A stretch of DNA of 62,311 bases, the filler included, from Platydemus manokwari (Eukaryota): assembly GCA_037951405.1 (NCBI GenBank). It is 6 parts of 6 records of this genome, joined end to end, with 100 filler letters (N's around TTAATTAATTAA, not from the genome) between each part and the next. Parts side by side here need not be neighbours in the genome. Positions count along the whole stretch, not along the records: positions 1 to 15,270 come from JBBMOY011312538.1; 5 more parts are not named here. The stretch is one strand, 5' to 3'. This document shows, piece after piece, positions 1-13,066 of the stretch (positions are counted from its first letter, which is position 1; each line of letters begins with the position of its first letter). The notes below the pieces were generated by a model. That model searched no databases. It worked only from the letters and a program-made list of their open reading frames with translations, and was not told the origin of the DNA. The translations under genes and the position numbers were made by a program.

Positions 1-900
1 CTTCATTTCATTATGATAAGTATTTAACCCCCTTTTCAAACATTACTCCCAGTAATTTCTATTATTATCGAAATAGCTTTTCAAAACCCAATAAGACTTT
101 CTTGTGAATATTTTTCAATTTTTACCAATGTTTTCTGCTCACAAATCTTGACAATCAATACAAAAATAGATATATTCCGCCCCTCAACCTAAACAAACCC
201 ATTTCATATTTTTCCCCAAACAAATTAATGGGTGAAATGGACGTGAATATGCTGTGATGAAAAATCTGTTTTTTGTCTTTTATATTTCTTTCTGCTTTTC
301 TGATGAATTTAAACAAAAAAAAATAATACGAAAACGAACACAAAGGAAACATTTTAAGAAAATTTCAAAGTTAGTTCAGTTATTGAGGCAAAGCTTACAT
401 TCAACATACGTATGAAATGGTTTCTCGTTCATTTGTAAGCTGTTTAGATAATGAATGTTATTTTTCTTATCATTTTCTAAAAACCTATCTATGGGCAATG
501 TAAATTATTATTTAACTGTTGTAGGGATAACTAGAGAATATACATTGGAAAGGTGGCGATAGGCTGAGAGTTCGAGCATCAGAATTGTTCAGATTTTTGA
601 AAATGTAATTCCTGATCGATAAATTTAATTAAAGAAATTAATTTATTAACAAGTCATACCTGCAGTCGAATTTTATTGATTTTTCAAAGTAAAAAATCGA
701 TATTTTTTAACTAATTAAAACAATCATTTTATGGATTTTAGTGAAATAATTGCTGATCGATTCAATCCTTTATGATTTCATAAATTTACATTTTTATGTT
801 TTTTAAAACCAAATATGTAAATAAATAAATTAAATTTTGATTATCAGAAATCAACAATGATCGGAAATAAAAATAAAACACATCAATTATGTCTGCTGGT

Positions 901-925
901 TGTGTGTGTGTGTGTGTGCGCGCGC
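901..925. repeat. (TG)n(CG)n alternating purine-pyrimidine microsatellite
   Basis: TGTGTGTGTGTGTGTGTGCGCGCGC. Confidence 0.9.
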
Positions 926-3859
926 TGTGAAAAATGCCCAGCAATGAGAAAAGCTAACAGAAAATTCGGATTGAAAAAACCCAAACACATGTCAGATAAA
1001 GAATTGAAATTGAAAATGAAATTATAAGAAATCATGACGAATAAATCGTTAACAGCAAAGCTGCAATTCCCTTGATGGAAGGGATAAAAGAGCATTCAAT
1101 TTCAAAGAAACCTACTAATGCTGAACGACAAATTAAATAATGAAACTGAAAACTGAAGATTAAACGATTATTCCTCTTGCTGAAAATGTATTTCATAAAT
1201 TTCCTATCGTGGAATCTCGTGTTTTGAAAATAAATATTATCTCGACAAAAATGCAACGGATTTTCTGTTTGATAAGGATAAAGCCATTTCAATTTTTCAC
1301 TATAATTGCCTTTATTCATTATTTATAATCACTTTATTATTATTATTATTATTTATTTTTACTAATTATTTATTCTCGTTTATTGATTGATTCCTTATAA
1401 TGAAATTAATTATAAAATTATTATTATTTGATTATATTTTGCATTATTTATTATATTCGTTTAACTATTTCGACAAAACGTTTATCAAATTAAGAATTTA
1501 TAATTACAAATATCATAATAAATTTCTATTATTAAAAATAGTAAATTTATATTAATAAATAAATAAAAAAATAAAAATTTTCAAATTCCTTGAAAACATG
1601 AAACGATGAGCTTCAACGAAGAGCAAAATGCAGACAAAGTTGATCAGAAAATGGGTAATGAAATGCCTGATTGAGGAATTGAGAAGTGTGTCAATTCCAT
1701 GACAAAGAACTGACTTACAATGTCTTGGAATCAAATCAATCAATAGTGATATTAATAGTCTATCGAATATTACTAGTTGAACTAATAATTCTGGATCAGT
1801 ATTTTCTAAGCAAGTGATGATGAAATTATTTAATAAATCTATGGAGTTTCAGAATAGGTAAGAAAAAGGTGGAATAAGTATTATTTATGGTGTTATATAT
1901 TTTGTAACTAGTAGTTGAAGAGTATAAAGTACCACATTATATTATGTTTAATGCTTGCCGTACAGATAATGAAAATAGTGTATTGTACAAGCAGAAGTGC
2001 CTGGAAGTGCTACGTAGCTGTGTTATATAACTAGAGAATTTCAGCTGGTGATTCATCAGAATGGTTGAGGATTAATCTTCATTTGTGACTTTCATAACCG
2101 AAATATTATAGGAGTTGTACTTAATCTGTTGTGTATGATAGGAATTGTTCTGTTTACTGTCAAAGTAAACCTAGCTCATTAAAAAAGATAAGAGATAAGA
2201 ACCTGTTATTTTGATAAGTAACAAATTGAAAAATTAATCAAAATATTTTCTAAAATCTCATAGTCAATTGTTTTTCGTTTAATAAGATTATTTGAGCTTA
2301 TTTTGTATAAAATGAATTTTCAATTCAAAATAAGTAGTTCTGAGCTCTGTAAAATTGTACAAGCACAAGAATTATAATTTTTCACAATTATAATTAAACA
2401 ACTTTCATAGAATTATTCTGATTTTAATTGTTGCGCAAGTAAACCAAGAGAAAATCAATAAAAAATTTATGATTGATTTAAACAACTAGTTTAAGAGGTC
2501 AATTTATAGATAATCAAACTTTATTTTACAAAATCTTAGACCTTTAAATCCGTGAGAATTTCAAATCGAATTCAAAACTTTTAAGTTTAATTTTGTAAAA
2601 AATGAAATTAATTTGTTTAAATAAGTGTATTAAAATGTAATTTGATGACGTGTCTTTTCAGTTCGTTTTTAATGTGTGATTTTTAAAATAGTAGCTGCTT
2701 ACAATCACAATGAACATTTTTTCGATTTCTAAGACGAATAATTGAGATGAAAATGTTTCAGCCAGCTGTTGTAAAAGCGGATATTTTGTCAAGGTCGTTA
2801 ATAAGACAAATCTGAATTTTAATACACACAGTTTATTAAAACAAATATGATTTTATCATGAAAAATTGATTATATTTAAAAAATAAAATGACATCCTTAA
2901 AATACATTTGTTCCATTAAATCGAAATTAGATTAAGACTCTATATGACTGGGAACGTTAAGATAATAATTATAATTATAATTATAATAAATAATATTTGG
3001 ATATAGAATAAAATTCCAATTACAACATGGTCTCAATCTCAGGGATATATGATATCTGAATTGATTGGAGCAGACTTAGATTCGTTGGTTTTCTATTTTT
3101 TCAACCAATATATAATTTCCTTCTGGTTTATTGTTTCATTCCTCTTAAAAATAGTTTTCTGGTGAAGATGATGACGTCATAACATGCTACAATCAAACAA
3201 GTTTGATCTTCACCTATTTATATAATAATAATTATTATAAAATATAATTAACATTTTTATTATATGACTTAATAAATAAAGAAGGAAGAAATGGAATCAT
3301 TTTTTATTAATCATTTGCATTAATAATTGATATTGATGTGAGATTATTCTTATTAATCAATGTTGTGTGGAGAACAATGAAATCGAAAGCCCTTTCAGTA
3401 GGACGCAATAAATAATAAAACACAAACACGACTGAATCCGCAGTTTCTTTCATATCTTGCGATATTGGTCCGCATGTATTAATATTCAATTATATTCTGC
3501 TAATTATTATTTTATATATTTTTTTCTTAATTTTTTATATGGAAATCAATTTCTGAGAGTTGTGTTTTTTGGAAGACGAAATGTGTTGAGTGTGGATCGG
3601 ACTTGATGACACTAATATGGAATATTTCGAATTTATTCACAATTATTATTAAAATATCCCATAAATCAAAAGCAAAACGAAATTCCCGACCAATACAAAA
3701 CATTTGTGTTTTTTATAAAACATAGGATATCGATTGAATCATCCTGAAGACAGAATTACTGAAATGAATACGATAAGGTCATCAGATTTAATACTTATAT
3801 AAGTAGCGCTATCATTTCTTATCCATAATTAACTATTTTAAAATCAAGCCTTATATCTT

Positions 3860-3906
3860 TAGCTTCGAAGTCAAAGGCTGGGGAATCGAACCAAACAAAC
3901 CACTGA
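3860..3906 (-). mobile_element. Possible tRNA-derived SINE fragment
   Basis: Minus strand CTCAGTGGT...GGTTCGATTCCC resembles Pol III A and B boxes, but the spacing is collapsed and there is no cloverleaf. Confidence 0.3.
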
Positions 3907-4387
3907 GAATATTAATTTAAGACTAGTAACACCATTTTTAAAAGAGAAAGAGCGCGAATTAAGGTAATGAAACCGGCAATACAAGGCGTGACCAGAACTC
4001 TTTGACTTCAGAATTTTGGTTTACTAAAATTGCATTAAAATCTTAAATATTTCTCGAGTTATGCGTCAGGTTGCATAACAACTACCCTAAGGATGATTCC
4101 ATCAATATTCAAGCAAAATGAGTTGATGCGCATAACACTGAAATGCGACATTGAGTCATTATCATTACCAAGTTTTCAATTTCCATAAATTTCTCCAAGA
4201 ATTCGGCATATTCAAATAAATCCCAACATTACCATAATTTATTTCACCAAAATAAAAGTTATTGTCAATATCAAAATTTATACGAAATAAATTTACGCAT
4301 TAACAATTCGTCTAATAATCCAATATACGACGACAAAGAGGGAAAATCTGATTTCATTCATCACAGCTTGTTCCATGTTCATTGCGA

Positions 4388-4430
4388 CTGCTGCTGCTAC
4401 TGTTGCTGTTGCTGCTGCTGTAAATGCTGC
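4388..4430. repeat. Imperfect (CTG/GCT)n trinucleotide tract
   Basis: CTGCTGCTGCTACTGTTGCTGTTGCTGCTGCTGTAAATGCTGC; no supported coding frame. Confidence 0.7.
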
Positions 4431-5974
4431 AAAACTTTACACAAGTCTCGTCTGATAAGGCACGAATGACCAGTTATGAAATACGATGGGAAAAATTTTA
4501 GATGAATTTATTCTTCACTTATCTCTCATATTTGACACAGCAAACGGCTTCGACGTTACGCTAATTAGATTATCGAGCATTCCAATAATACAACCTTCCG
4601 ACCAACAAAGGTGAGTCCATCTTGTCGACTTATTAGGAAACGACAAATCCATCCCATTCAATGCTGCATATCAACAACGAATAGAAAAATCCCAATAATT
4701 AATTTACGACACAACTCATTGAAAATTTTCGATAATTATCCCCATGATCAGTGATTATTTTAATGAATCCCATTCAAGTGTTAAACGATTTAAGAGCATG
4801 ACAAAATCAAAGTATGTTAAGGATTTTTATTCCTCGTTTTTTGTAGACGAATTATATGTCGGGTATGAAAATTATCGATCGGGATTATGTAAGCATTGAA
4901 AATTTATTTTTCAAGTTGTCTGACATTCTAAAATAATTATCATCAAGAGGGAACTTATCGATTAATGTTGTAAAATGAGAATTTTCTGAGATTGTCTTGA
5001 CTAGGATAATTGTTTTATTATGGAATGAAAGAGAAAGATTTGGTAGAACCAATAGAAAATGACTAATTTTCTTTAATATTTATTATCTTGGTTTAATGGT
5101 TTGTTATTAATTCCCCACAATCATAAACCATACGAACAACAACTAATGTGAAATCAGTGAATTATTTGTTGAAATGAATGATTTCTGATATTTATTACCA
5201 GCATACAATCAAAGAAAATCAAATCTAGAAAGAGAGGGGTGGCGACTCCTCAATTTGTTTTAATGATAAGATCTCAATTATCGAACCATATTCTGATGGG
5301 AATTTTGAATCCCAAGTGAAAAGATTTGATTTGATTTTGTTACTTCATTATTGATAATAAAATTGGGGAGTGTCAGGAAAAATTATTGATTCAGAGACTC
5401 GATCAGTGACCATACTGGTTCACAATTTTTGTGTAGCACAGAGTGTGCACCGATTCCTTTTTTAAGAGGTTCTTCTACAAAAAATCTACCACAATTTCAA
5501 TAATCGATGAACACCAAATAGATTGAAGAAATGATTTTTTTTTATTCGCCCAGACAATCAATTTGTAGTCAACAGAAAAATTCTGTGAAATGAGACAAGG
5601 AAATTATTATTTCCTGCAAATAATTTATCTCTGTCAAACCTTGTATAAATTAATATAGCTCGAGGCATATGTGTATATTCGTTCTTTTATAGAGTTCATT
5701 GAATATGAAAGAGAATTGAGGTCACTGTCAGAATTATCTGATAAACAAATGACAAAAGTTTTTTTACAAGAGAGAAGAAAAAGAAAAAACAGAGAAAAGG
5801 TGAAAGAGGCTATTTTAAAGATAAAGTTTAAAGAAATAAATCAAAGCAACTTGTGAAGGTTTTCTTTAATGATAATAATGAATAACGCGTGAAGAAAAGA
5901 ACTAAAACAAGTATAAAGCAATTTTTAAAAAGCAAGTTAAAGTTAAGAAAAGGATTTCTAAGATAAAATTTTAA

Positions 5975-6400
5975 ATTTTTTGAATGTATTGTAAAAATCT
6001 ATATAGTTTATTTAATTAAATTCCCGAAAAATATTTATGAATTTTATATGAAGCATTTTAGAAGAGTTCGTTTTGAATCTGTTTGAAATCCAATATTGAT
6101 TTGACTAGAACGTAAAAATCTCCTACAATTTGATTATTTGAGAAATGGGTGAAAGTATATAAAATAGCGATTAATTGAAAATTAGCGAGGATTCCTTTTA
6201 AAATTAAAAGCAAATTGAGAGATCATCTCAATTTTAACAATTACTTATATACAAATAACCAATGATATTATTAAATATGTTAACTAACTCTTTAATAATT
6301 TTTAAAAAAAATCATATAGAAGTGTTGTGATTAGAATAGGAACTTGGTTTATCAATTCTATTTAGTTCCTATTCAACATCATAAAATGATAGATATCAAT
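5975..6400. repeat. Dispersed ~450-bp AT-rich repeat family A (other copies ~26240-26690 and, inverted, ~55810-56360)
   Basis: Colinear shared blocks TGTATTG(T/C)AAAAATCTATATAGTTT, GACTAGAAC, AGCAAATTG, TAACTAACTC and GGAACTTGGTTT; the third copy is more diverged. Confidence 0.65.
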
Positions 6401-6617
6401 TGAAGTATGTAAATAAATCCACTTTCACGGAATGATAAAAAGCCTCAAAGATAAATCTAAATATCTATAAAAAATATTACTACACCAATTTTAATGATTT
6501 CTTGATGCCTCCTTTCCATTTGAAAGTCGAGGTATGAAAATCCTAGAGGAAAACAATGCAAACTAAATATAAAAATTAATAATTAAAGTATTACTTTATA
6601 TTTAATTGATGACGGAT

Positions 6618-6758
6618 AAAGCAGGATCAATCACGTTGAGGTTTTTTTTGAGATCTTATAGATGCGTTTCTAACTTAGGTTATAAACATGGTACTGTGAA
6701 TCATTCTAAGTGCTTTGTGAATCCAGATAACCGAGACATTTATACTCAAAAACATTGA
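6618..6758 (+). mobile_element. Merlin / IS1016-type (ISXO2-like) DDE transposase remnant
   Basis: Translation KAGSITLRFFLRSYRCVSNLGYKHGTVNHSKCFVNPDNRDIYTQ, followed by IE after a frameshift, matches the GY.H..VNHS..FVDP.TG.HTQ.IE motif. Confidence 0.75.
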
Positions 6759-8636
6759 ATCAATATTAAATAAGGACTGTTGTTTTACTGATATAATTTC
6801 TCTATTTTTATTCTTTCTCATTTAACATGAAATTGTAAGCCAAAAATATGATTAAAACACCATTATAAATAAATTTTGAAATTAAAAAATAGTTGAAAAA
6901 TCATTACGTTAAAATCAGGTCAAAGGATTCTTTTCTTAATTTAAGCCCAATGTGGTTCTAAAATAAAATTTTTAATTTGTTGCTTGCATTGCAAAAATAC
7001 ACATAGACTTTACGAATTATATCCATTGAAATCATTTCGAATTTTTGGCTTAATTATCTTAAAAACAAATTTTTAGAAGTTTAAAATAAAAAGTTAAAAA
7101 ATAACTAAATCTTTTAAATCTTTTACAAAATGATTAAGGGAAAAGTGGGTCAATGTAGGTCAAAGTGCAAATGAATGAAAATTAGGGATGGCCCATTTAA
7201 ATATTAGAACGAAGATGTAGATATACTCTGAATTTTTAAATTTATTTTTATAAGAACACTTAATATTAGATTATCAAGACATGCCAGGCATCTATAAAAT
7301 CATTATTAGAAATCAAAATTAATAAATTTCTAATTCTCAGTTTTTCAATTTTAAAATTCCTGATTAGTAAACAAATAAAAATAAACAATCTTATTAAAAT
7401 AAATTCTATTTTGAAAGTGTAAACAAAAACTTTCGTAAATGATTTTTAAAGGAAAAACCAACACAAACAGCAACTTTTCCGATAAAGATTATGATATTTT
7501 CTCCTTTGAAACCATCATCGAAAACGGTTTCGAATTGCTGAGTCAACATATTTCGAATTCTAATTTTAAAATCAATCCGAAAATTGGAACATCTGACAGA
7601 AACAAAACGGTAAAATTAATCACTGAGAAAGATTGTTCGGGGAAAATTCATTTCCATTGGTAGAAATGAATTTGATGTAAAAAAACGTTTCACCATAATC
7701 ACGGGGTGACAAAAACAAATTGATGTTGAGTGATTGTAAACGATAGATCATCTACAATATTTACTCATTCGAAGAATTCTAAAAAACAAACAGTCGAAAA
7801 AGAAATTATTAATTTCAAACCAATTATCATTACAAAGTCGTTCGGATTTGTTTGTTGAATTATTGATGATGTCATCTCATAATAATAAATGGAATTAATG
7901 AAATATTATTTATTGAAATATTATTTATAAAAATTATCTAACGAAAATACTAGTAATATCTGACTGAATGGAATTATCAACGAGACTCTTTGTTAATCAA
8001 ATTAAATCTCAACAAATATTAAATTAATTAAAAAATATTATTTAAATAAATAATTTCAACATTTCACTTGACTTTTTACTCTCACCACAATGGAGAGACT
8101 CTCCACGGGGATTACTGTATTTTATATGGGCTATTTATGAAGTTAGCACGATAAGATATTTTTTGCAAATAATATTTATTCTTATTTTTGTTAAATATTT
8201 TTGTTTCAATACAGAGTTGTCGTTTAGTTTTGAAAAAATATTTGTTAAATTGAAGTATTTTTATTTTAGAAGAAATTTGTTTTGAAATTTATGACTTTAA
8301 TATGACTGTATTATTGTGTTTTAAAGTTAGTGTGGACGTTACTAAATTCGAAACACATAGACACATAAACACAGACACACACACACTTATATATAACGGA
8401 CAAATATGAAATACGAATATAAGTACCCAGGTGAATACATCTTCTGAATAAATTGTCCGACTAACAGAATGTAGCACTCAATACATTTATTTCCAGATAT
8501 TTCATAACTAGTATCACTGGTACATTCGCCAGTCGAATTTATTTTGTTATCGTGTTAATATCACATCAAATATTTCTAATCTAATCAAACGAATCTTATC
8601 TATTTGATAATTTTGAATCTATTTTCTCTATTTCAG

Positions 8637-8765
8637 TACGAAAATTATCCTTCAAAAAGAACTTACTACTTAACTGGTGGTCTAAGATATCGTAAAAGAT
8701 ATGGCCCATATAAATCATTGGATTATCTCACCGGTGGACTGCGATACAAGAGAAAAGAACAATGA
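8637..8765 (+). CDS. Neuropeptide prohormone, last coding exon; predicted peptides TYYLTGGLRY and YGPYKSLDYLTGGLRY (1020HH-like YLxGGxR[Y/W] type); upstream signal-peptide exon not located
   Basis: Polypyrimidine tract and TTTCAG acceptor end at 8636. Phase-0 translation is YENYPS-KR-TYYLTGGLRY-RKR-YGPYKSLDYLTGGLRY-KRK-EQ*. Two identical YLTGGLRY octapeptides are flanked by di/tribasic cleavage sites, and 7 of their 8 codons differ synonymously. AATAAA at 8795-8800. Confidence 0.85.
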   Translation, partial: YENYPSKRTYYLTGGLRYRKRYGPYKSLDYLTGGLRYKRKEQ

Positions 8766-11700
8766 AATAATTTTTAAACCCATGTATGGTGAAAAATAAA
8801 TGGTTTTACCAAAGTTATTTTTATTTTTATCCTATCCGTAATGGAACGTTATTCAAATACAGGTCTTGTAGATGAAATCTTTGTAGTGATAAATTTACCA
8901 TTGTAATTCCATCGTATGATGGTTTTCAAAATAAATAACGATAACGATAATTGATAATAAATTCATAATTTCTGACAGAGAACTATAATTATAGGTTATA
9001 ATTTAATTTTGAAAACTCAGAAATTTGGGTTCGACAATAATAATAGATCTGTCAAACTATTTGTCAGCATCTCATTCAATTTTGTCAGAAATTTTTCAAT
9101 CGATCTGGCAGTATTTGAAGCAATAGAAAAGTTAAAATATATTTAAATGATAATGATAATCATGATAATAATAATAGCAAATATAATAATTGTTAGTGAT
9201 AGCTATTTCGTTTAAAGTTGTAGATTCGTTTAGATAATTTTCGAAATTTTATTTTTCCAGTGATCTTCTCTAACTACCCGTCTTAATTAGGCATATAAAT
9301 ATTAATATATCTTTAAATAAATATATTTAAATTATTTAAAAGTCATTTCATATTATGCTTAAAATAAATTAATATTATTATTATTAAATTATTAAAATTA
9401 TTATTCAGTTCTTCTTCCATAATAATAATAGGGGATCTATAATTAATGGTGTTATTAATAATTATTTCANNNNNNNNNNNNNNNNNNNNNNNNNNNNNNN
9501 NNNNNNNNNNNNNNNNNNNNNNNNNNNNNNNNNNNNNNNNNNNNNNNNNNNNNNNNNNNNNNNNNNNNNNNNNNNNNNNNNNNNNNNNNNNNNNNNNNNN
9601 NNNNNNNNNNNNNNNNNNNNNNNNNNNNNNNNNNNNNNNNNNNNGTGTGTGTAGTAATGAACTGTGTTACTGGAGTATCCAGTTTCACTTCTTATAATCG
9701 AAAATAATTGCAAAACAAATGACTTTTTTCAAATTAATGATAAAAATCTAACGAAAGGAATAATTAAAAAGATGTTATTATTTTGATCACAATTCTTGTA
9801 ATAACGTCAAATTGTATCTCGTCAAATTATTCAACAGGAATAAATTTGAATAACACTGGAAACCGATCATTTGTGATAACACATATTTGATAATTTCGAT
9901 TATTTCATGGATTCGATATGTTGATTGATTCGAACTAAATCTATATCAAGAAATTGAACGTGACAAATAAGTATATTCATGTGAAGAAAATTTTATTCAA
10001 AATTAAATGAGAAAAAATAGCAAAAAAGTATCTCATAGCTTCAAGTAAAGACATGTCAAGATAGCAGATTATAGGCAATAAGTCGACAGAAGTTATTAAA
10101 CGTAGACAAAATTGATAGATGCTTTCATCGGAAATATAAAAATGACTCTGCTCCATTGATTAATTTCCATAATATTATGAATTACATATACATACATACA
10201 TAGATTTCACGATGAAACACCTTTGCTCTTTAAGGAAATTCATTGATATCACTCAGTTGTATTAAAATAAGCTTAAAATATTGCTTACCTCTTGTGAGCA
10301 TTTAAAAATGATGATGATTTAAACAAAATGAATTCAGAAGATTTATTGATTCAATTTTATATAAATAAATATTAATTTTTGTTTAAATGATTGTAAGTAA
10401 ATATAATTTTGTGTCTTGATTTTTCAGTTAGTTTTCATTTGAATTTTCGCCAAAATCTAATGAACAATAAATTGAATGAAAAGGTAACACGTAATAGATT
10501 AATAATTTATTAAATTTTGTTTTATGCTAAGCCATTAATTAAAACAAAAACAATGATTTCCCAAAATTTAATCTTCTCTATTTCAATCCTAATATGTTTC
10601 CAACAATCAGTCGGGAACAAGAGAAAATCAAATATTATAAAAACAGGAAAAAGAGAATCTTCTCATTAAACTTTGAAAACAATTAACATTATAAAATAAA
10701 TATTTTCCATAATTTTCTTACCTTAACAAACCTATTGATTATTTCCACAGGCGTATTGATACGATTTTTGTTGTCAAGAGGTTCGTGAAATACATTTGCC
10801 AAGATAAATGCTGTGTATCAATCTTGACATTTATGCCATTTGTTAATTCACGCGAATTAGATGACAGATTATTTTAAATATTACAAATTTCCGCATTGGT
10901 GTTAGAAAAACACAAACGAATGGATAAATCGGCAAAGTATAATCAAAATAATGTTAATAGACACGACTAAAAGTATATCTTTGCATCGAATGAAAGAAAG
11001 CTGCCTACATTGTTGTTTCTAATGTCTTTGACATGATGGAACCGCATATCTATACATACAAATAACTGAGATTCATTTTATTTAACAACATCATCCATTA
11101 GATTAATGGTGAATGCAGTAATTTATTGCAAATTAAAGTGGATAGAGACTAAACAAGTTGATCGAATAATATAAGAAGTTCGCTGAAATTCCACTCTCAA
11201 CGCCATCTAAACTTCCAGACAACTTGAACAAGATTTTCTTTAATAATATATCGAATACAACCCCACAAAATTATCTTTGCAGTTAGTTTTTCATCTTTGA
11301 AGAAATTAAAAGAGCTTAATTGAGACGAGATTGCCTAAAATACCTTTGATATGGAAACAATGATTGATTGAATATAAACATCATCGCTATGCTCGCAACC
11401 TTAGTATTATTAAGCATTTAGTTTATCTAGCTCATAGATCGGCAAACTCTGGCTTAATCGTCCTGGTTAAGGTACTTTCTCTTTCATTGCCATTGCTTAC
11501 AGCGCCACTTGTAAGCTCATCTATTAGCTCCTATTTATTTTAATACAGTGTTGAACAAAAGATGGTACGGCTTCATTTTCAAGGGATTAAACACCTGTAC
11601 TTCTTAAAAAAAAATTATTGGATAGCTCGCTTACAGATGGATTCCATAATCATTTATGTAAGTCGATACTATTTCATAATGCACGCATTGAATACGAACT

Positions 11701-12354
11701 GAAAAGTCGCAGTATATATATAAAATAGTATGTAACCAAATTCATTAAACAAATCGATATTTTATCTATAAACTCTGAATATAAATTTTTTTAATTCTTA
11801 TACATAATAAAATCTTCACAATTACAATAATCCATACAAGAAAGCAAATCGAATTCAGCATTTCGAATTCACAGACTAGTGGATTCGAACTAATAACCAC
11901 TATGTTTTACTTCATAATAACATTATTATCCCTTATCATCATATAACATCATATATATTTGTGAAGCTCTTTTTGAATTTGAGAAATACTTTTTCCAACG
12001 AATGTCGAATATTTTAAAGCTCTACAAATAATACTTCACTGATCTAAATAATTAAAAGAGATTGATATGACACAGTAAAACATGATAAAACAGGATAAAA
12101 ACATTTCAAAAGAAAGTTCAAATATTCCATTACTGAGTAGAAAATATATGAATGAAATCATTAATAAGATCACAATAGGTAATGCAACAGATATGATTTT
12201 GGCCTCAAATATTGGCATATTATATCCGTTTAATGTCATGATTAATGAAGTCACAAATCTCTGACATCCGAGATTAAACAATAATCGATATGACTAACAT
12301 GCTAGATTGGATATGAAATGGATTTATGAATGAAATAATAAACCGAAATCACAC

Positions 12355-12566
12355 CTTTTTTCTGAGAACGTAAATAATTTTTGAATTCATCCCAATAATT
12401 GTGGAAAATGGAGCTATGTAAGTGACAGCCACCGTAAACAATTGATAACTGGCTCGTAAAGCTGGAACGGGAAAGTTATCAGTGCACATGACAACTCTAT
12501 TGGAACCGTTGGTGTATATGGTTAATGTGTAATAAATCGGTATTGGTGTTGCAAATATGAATCCAC
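12355..12566 (-). CDS. Internal exon of a class A (rhodopsin-like) neuropeptide GPCR covering TM4-ECL2-TM5; other exons not found
   Basis: TTTTTCTATCCAG acceptor and AAG|GTGTGA donor. Translation GFIFATPIPIYYTLTIYTNGSNRVVMCTDNFPVPALRASYQLFTVAVTYIAPFSTIIGMNSKIIYVLRKK shows the TM4 Pro, ECL2 Cys with an NGS sequon, and a TM5 Y-x-x-P pattern followed by I...L-R-K-K, typical of peptide receptors. Confidence 0.75.
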
Positions 12567-13023
12567 CTGGATAGAAAAATAAATTAAAATCTATTCATCA
12601 AAAATATAAATGTTATAAATATGAAAAAAAAATCATTCAAGAATTTGACTTTAGAAAATACTGAATAATGTAAAAAATTGAAAGAGAAATAACGAAGAAA
12701 AAATATCCCAAACAGAATTTTAGAAGTATCAAATAACGCTCATTTTAAAATTTTAAAAATATTTTTATAAAGCTTATAATTTATAATTATAAAATTTATT
12801 TAATAATTAATATTAAGAATTAAAATATTAGCGGACATTTGGCGCGGACATAACATTTATTGATCGGATAAATCCAATTATAATATTCATGTTCGTGATT
12901 GAAAAGATATGTACCAACGTATTTCGTACTTTCCGCACGAGCGTCTCAGCACTTAGAACATTTTTAGACTTTAATTTTTGAAATCAAAATTGATAAAAAA
13001 TTTGATAAATAAAATTAGGTTTC

Positions 13024-13066
13024 GATATATATATATATATATGTGTGTGTGTGGGTGTGGGTGGGT
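13024..13066. repeat. Compound (AT)n(GT)n microsatellite
   Basis: Directly visible in the sequence. Confidence 0.9.

Noticed and set aside
3740-3790. CCTGAAGACAGAATTACTGAAAT, hammerhead-like core
   Set aside because: Stem II consumes the G needed for GAAA, and no convincing stems I or III can be formed.
4350-4610. Poly-Leu/Ala/Cys tract and AAAG|GTGAGT donor as the neuropeptide signal-peptide exon
   Set aside because: The Leu frame has no in-frame ATG, and the donor phase is incompatible with the 8637 exon.
9446-9713. ORFs containing long X runs (also 57232-57553)
   Set aside because: Artefacts of translating through N gaps.
12036-12303. Hydrophobic minus-strand ORF as the next GPCR exon (TM6)
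   Set aside because: Splicing from the phase-0 donor to the nearby CTAG acceptor hits a stop after 16 codons, and no CWxP or NPxxY motif is present.
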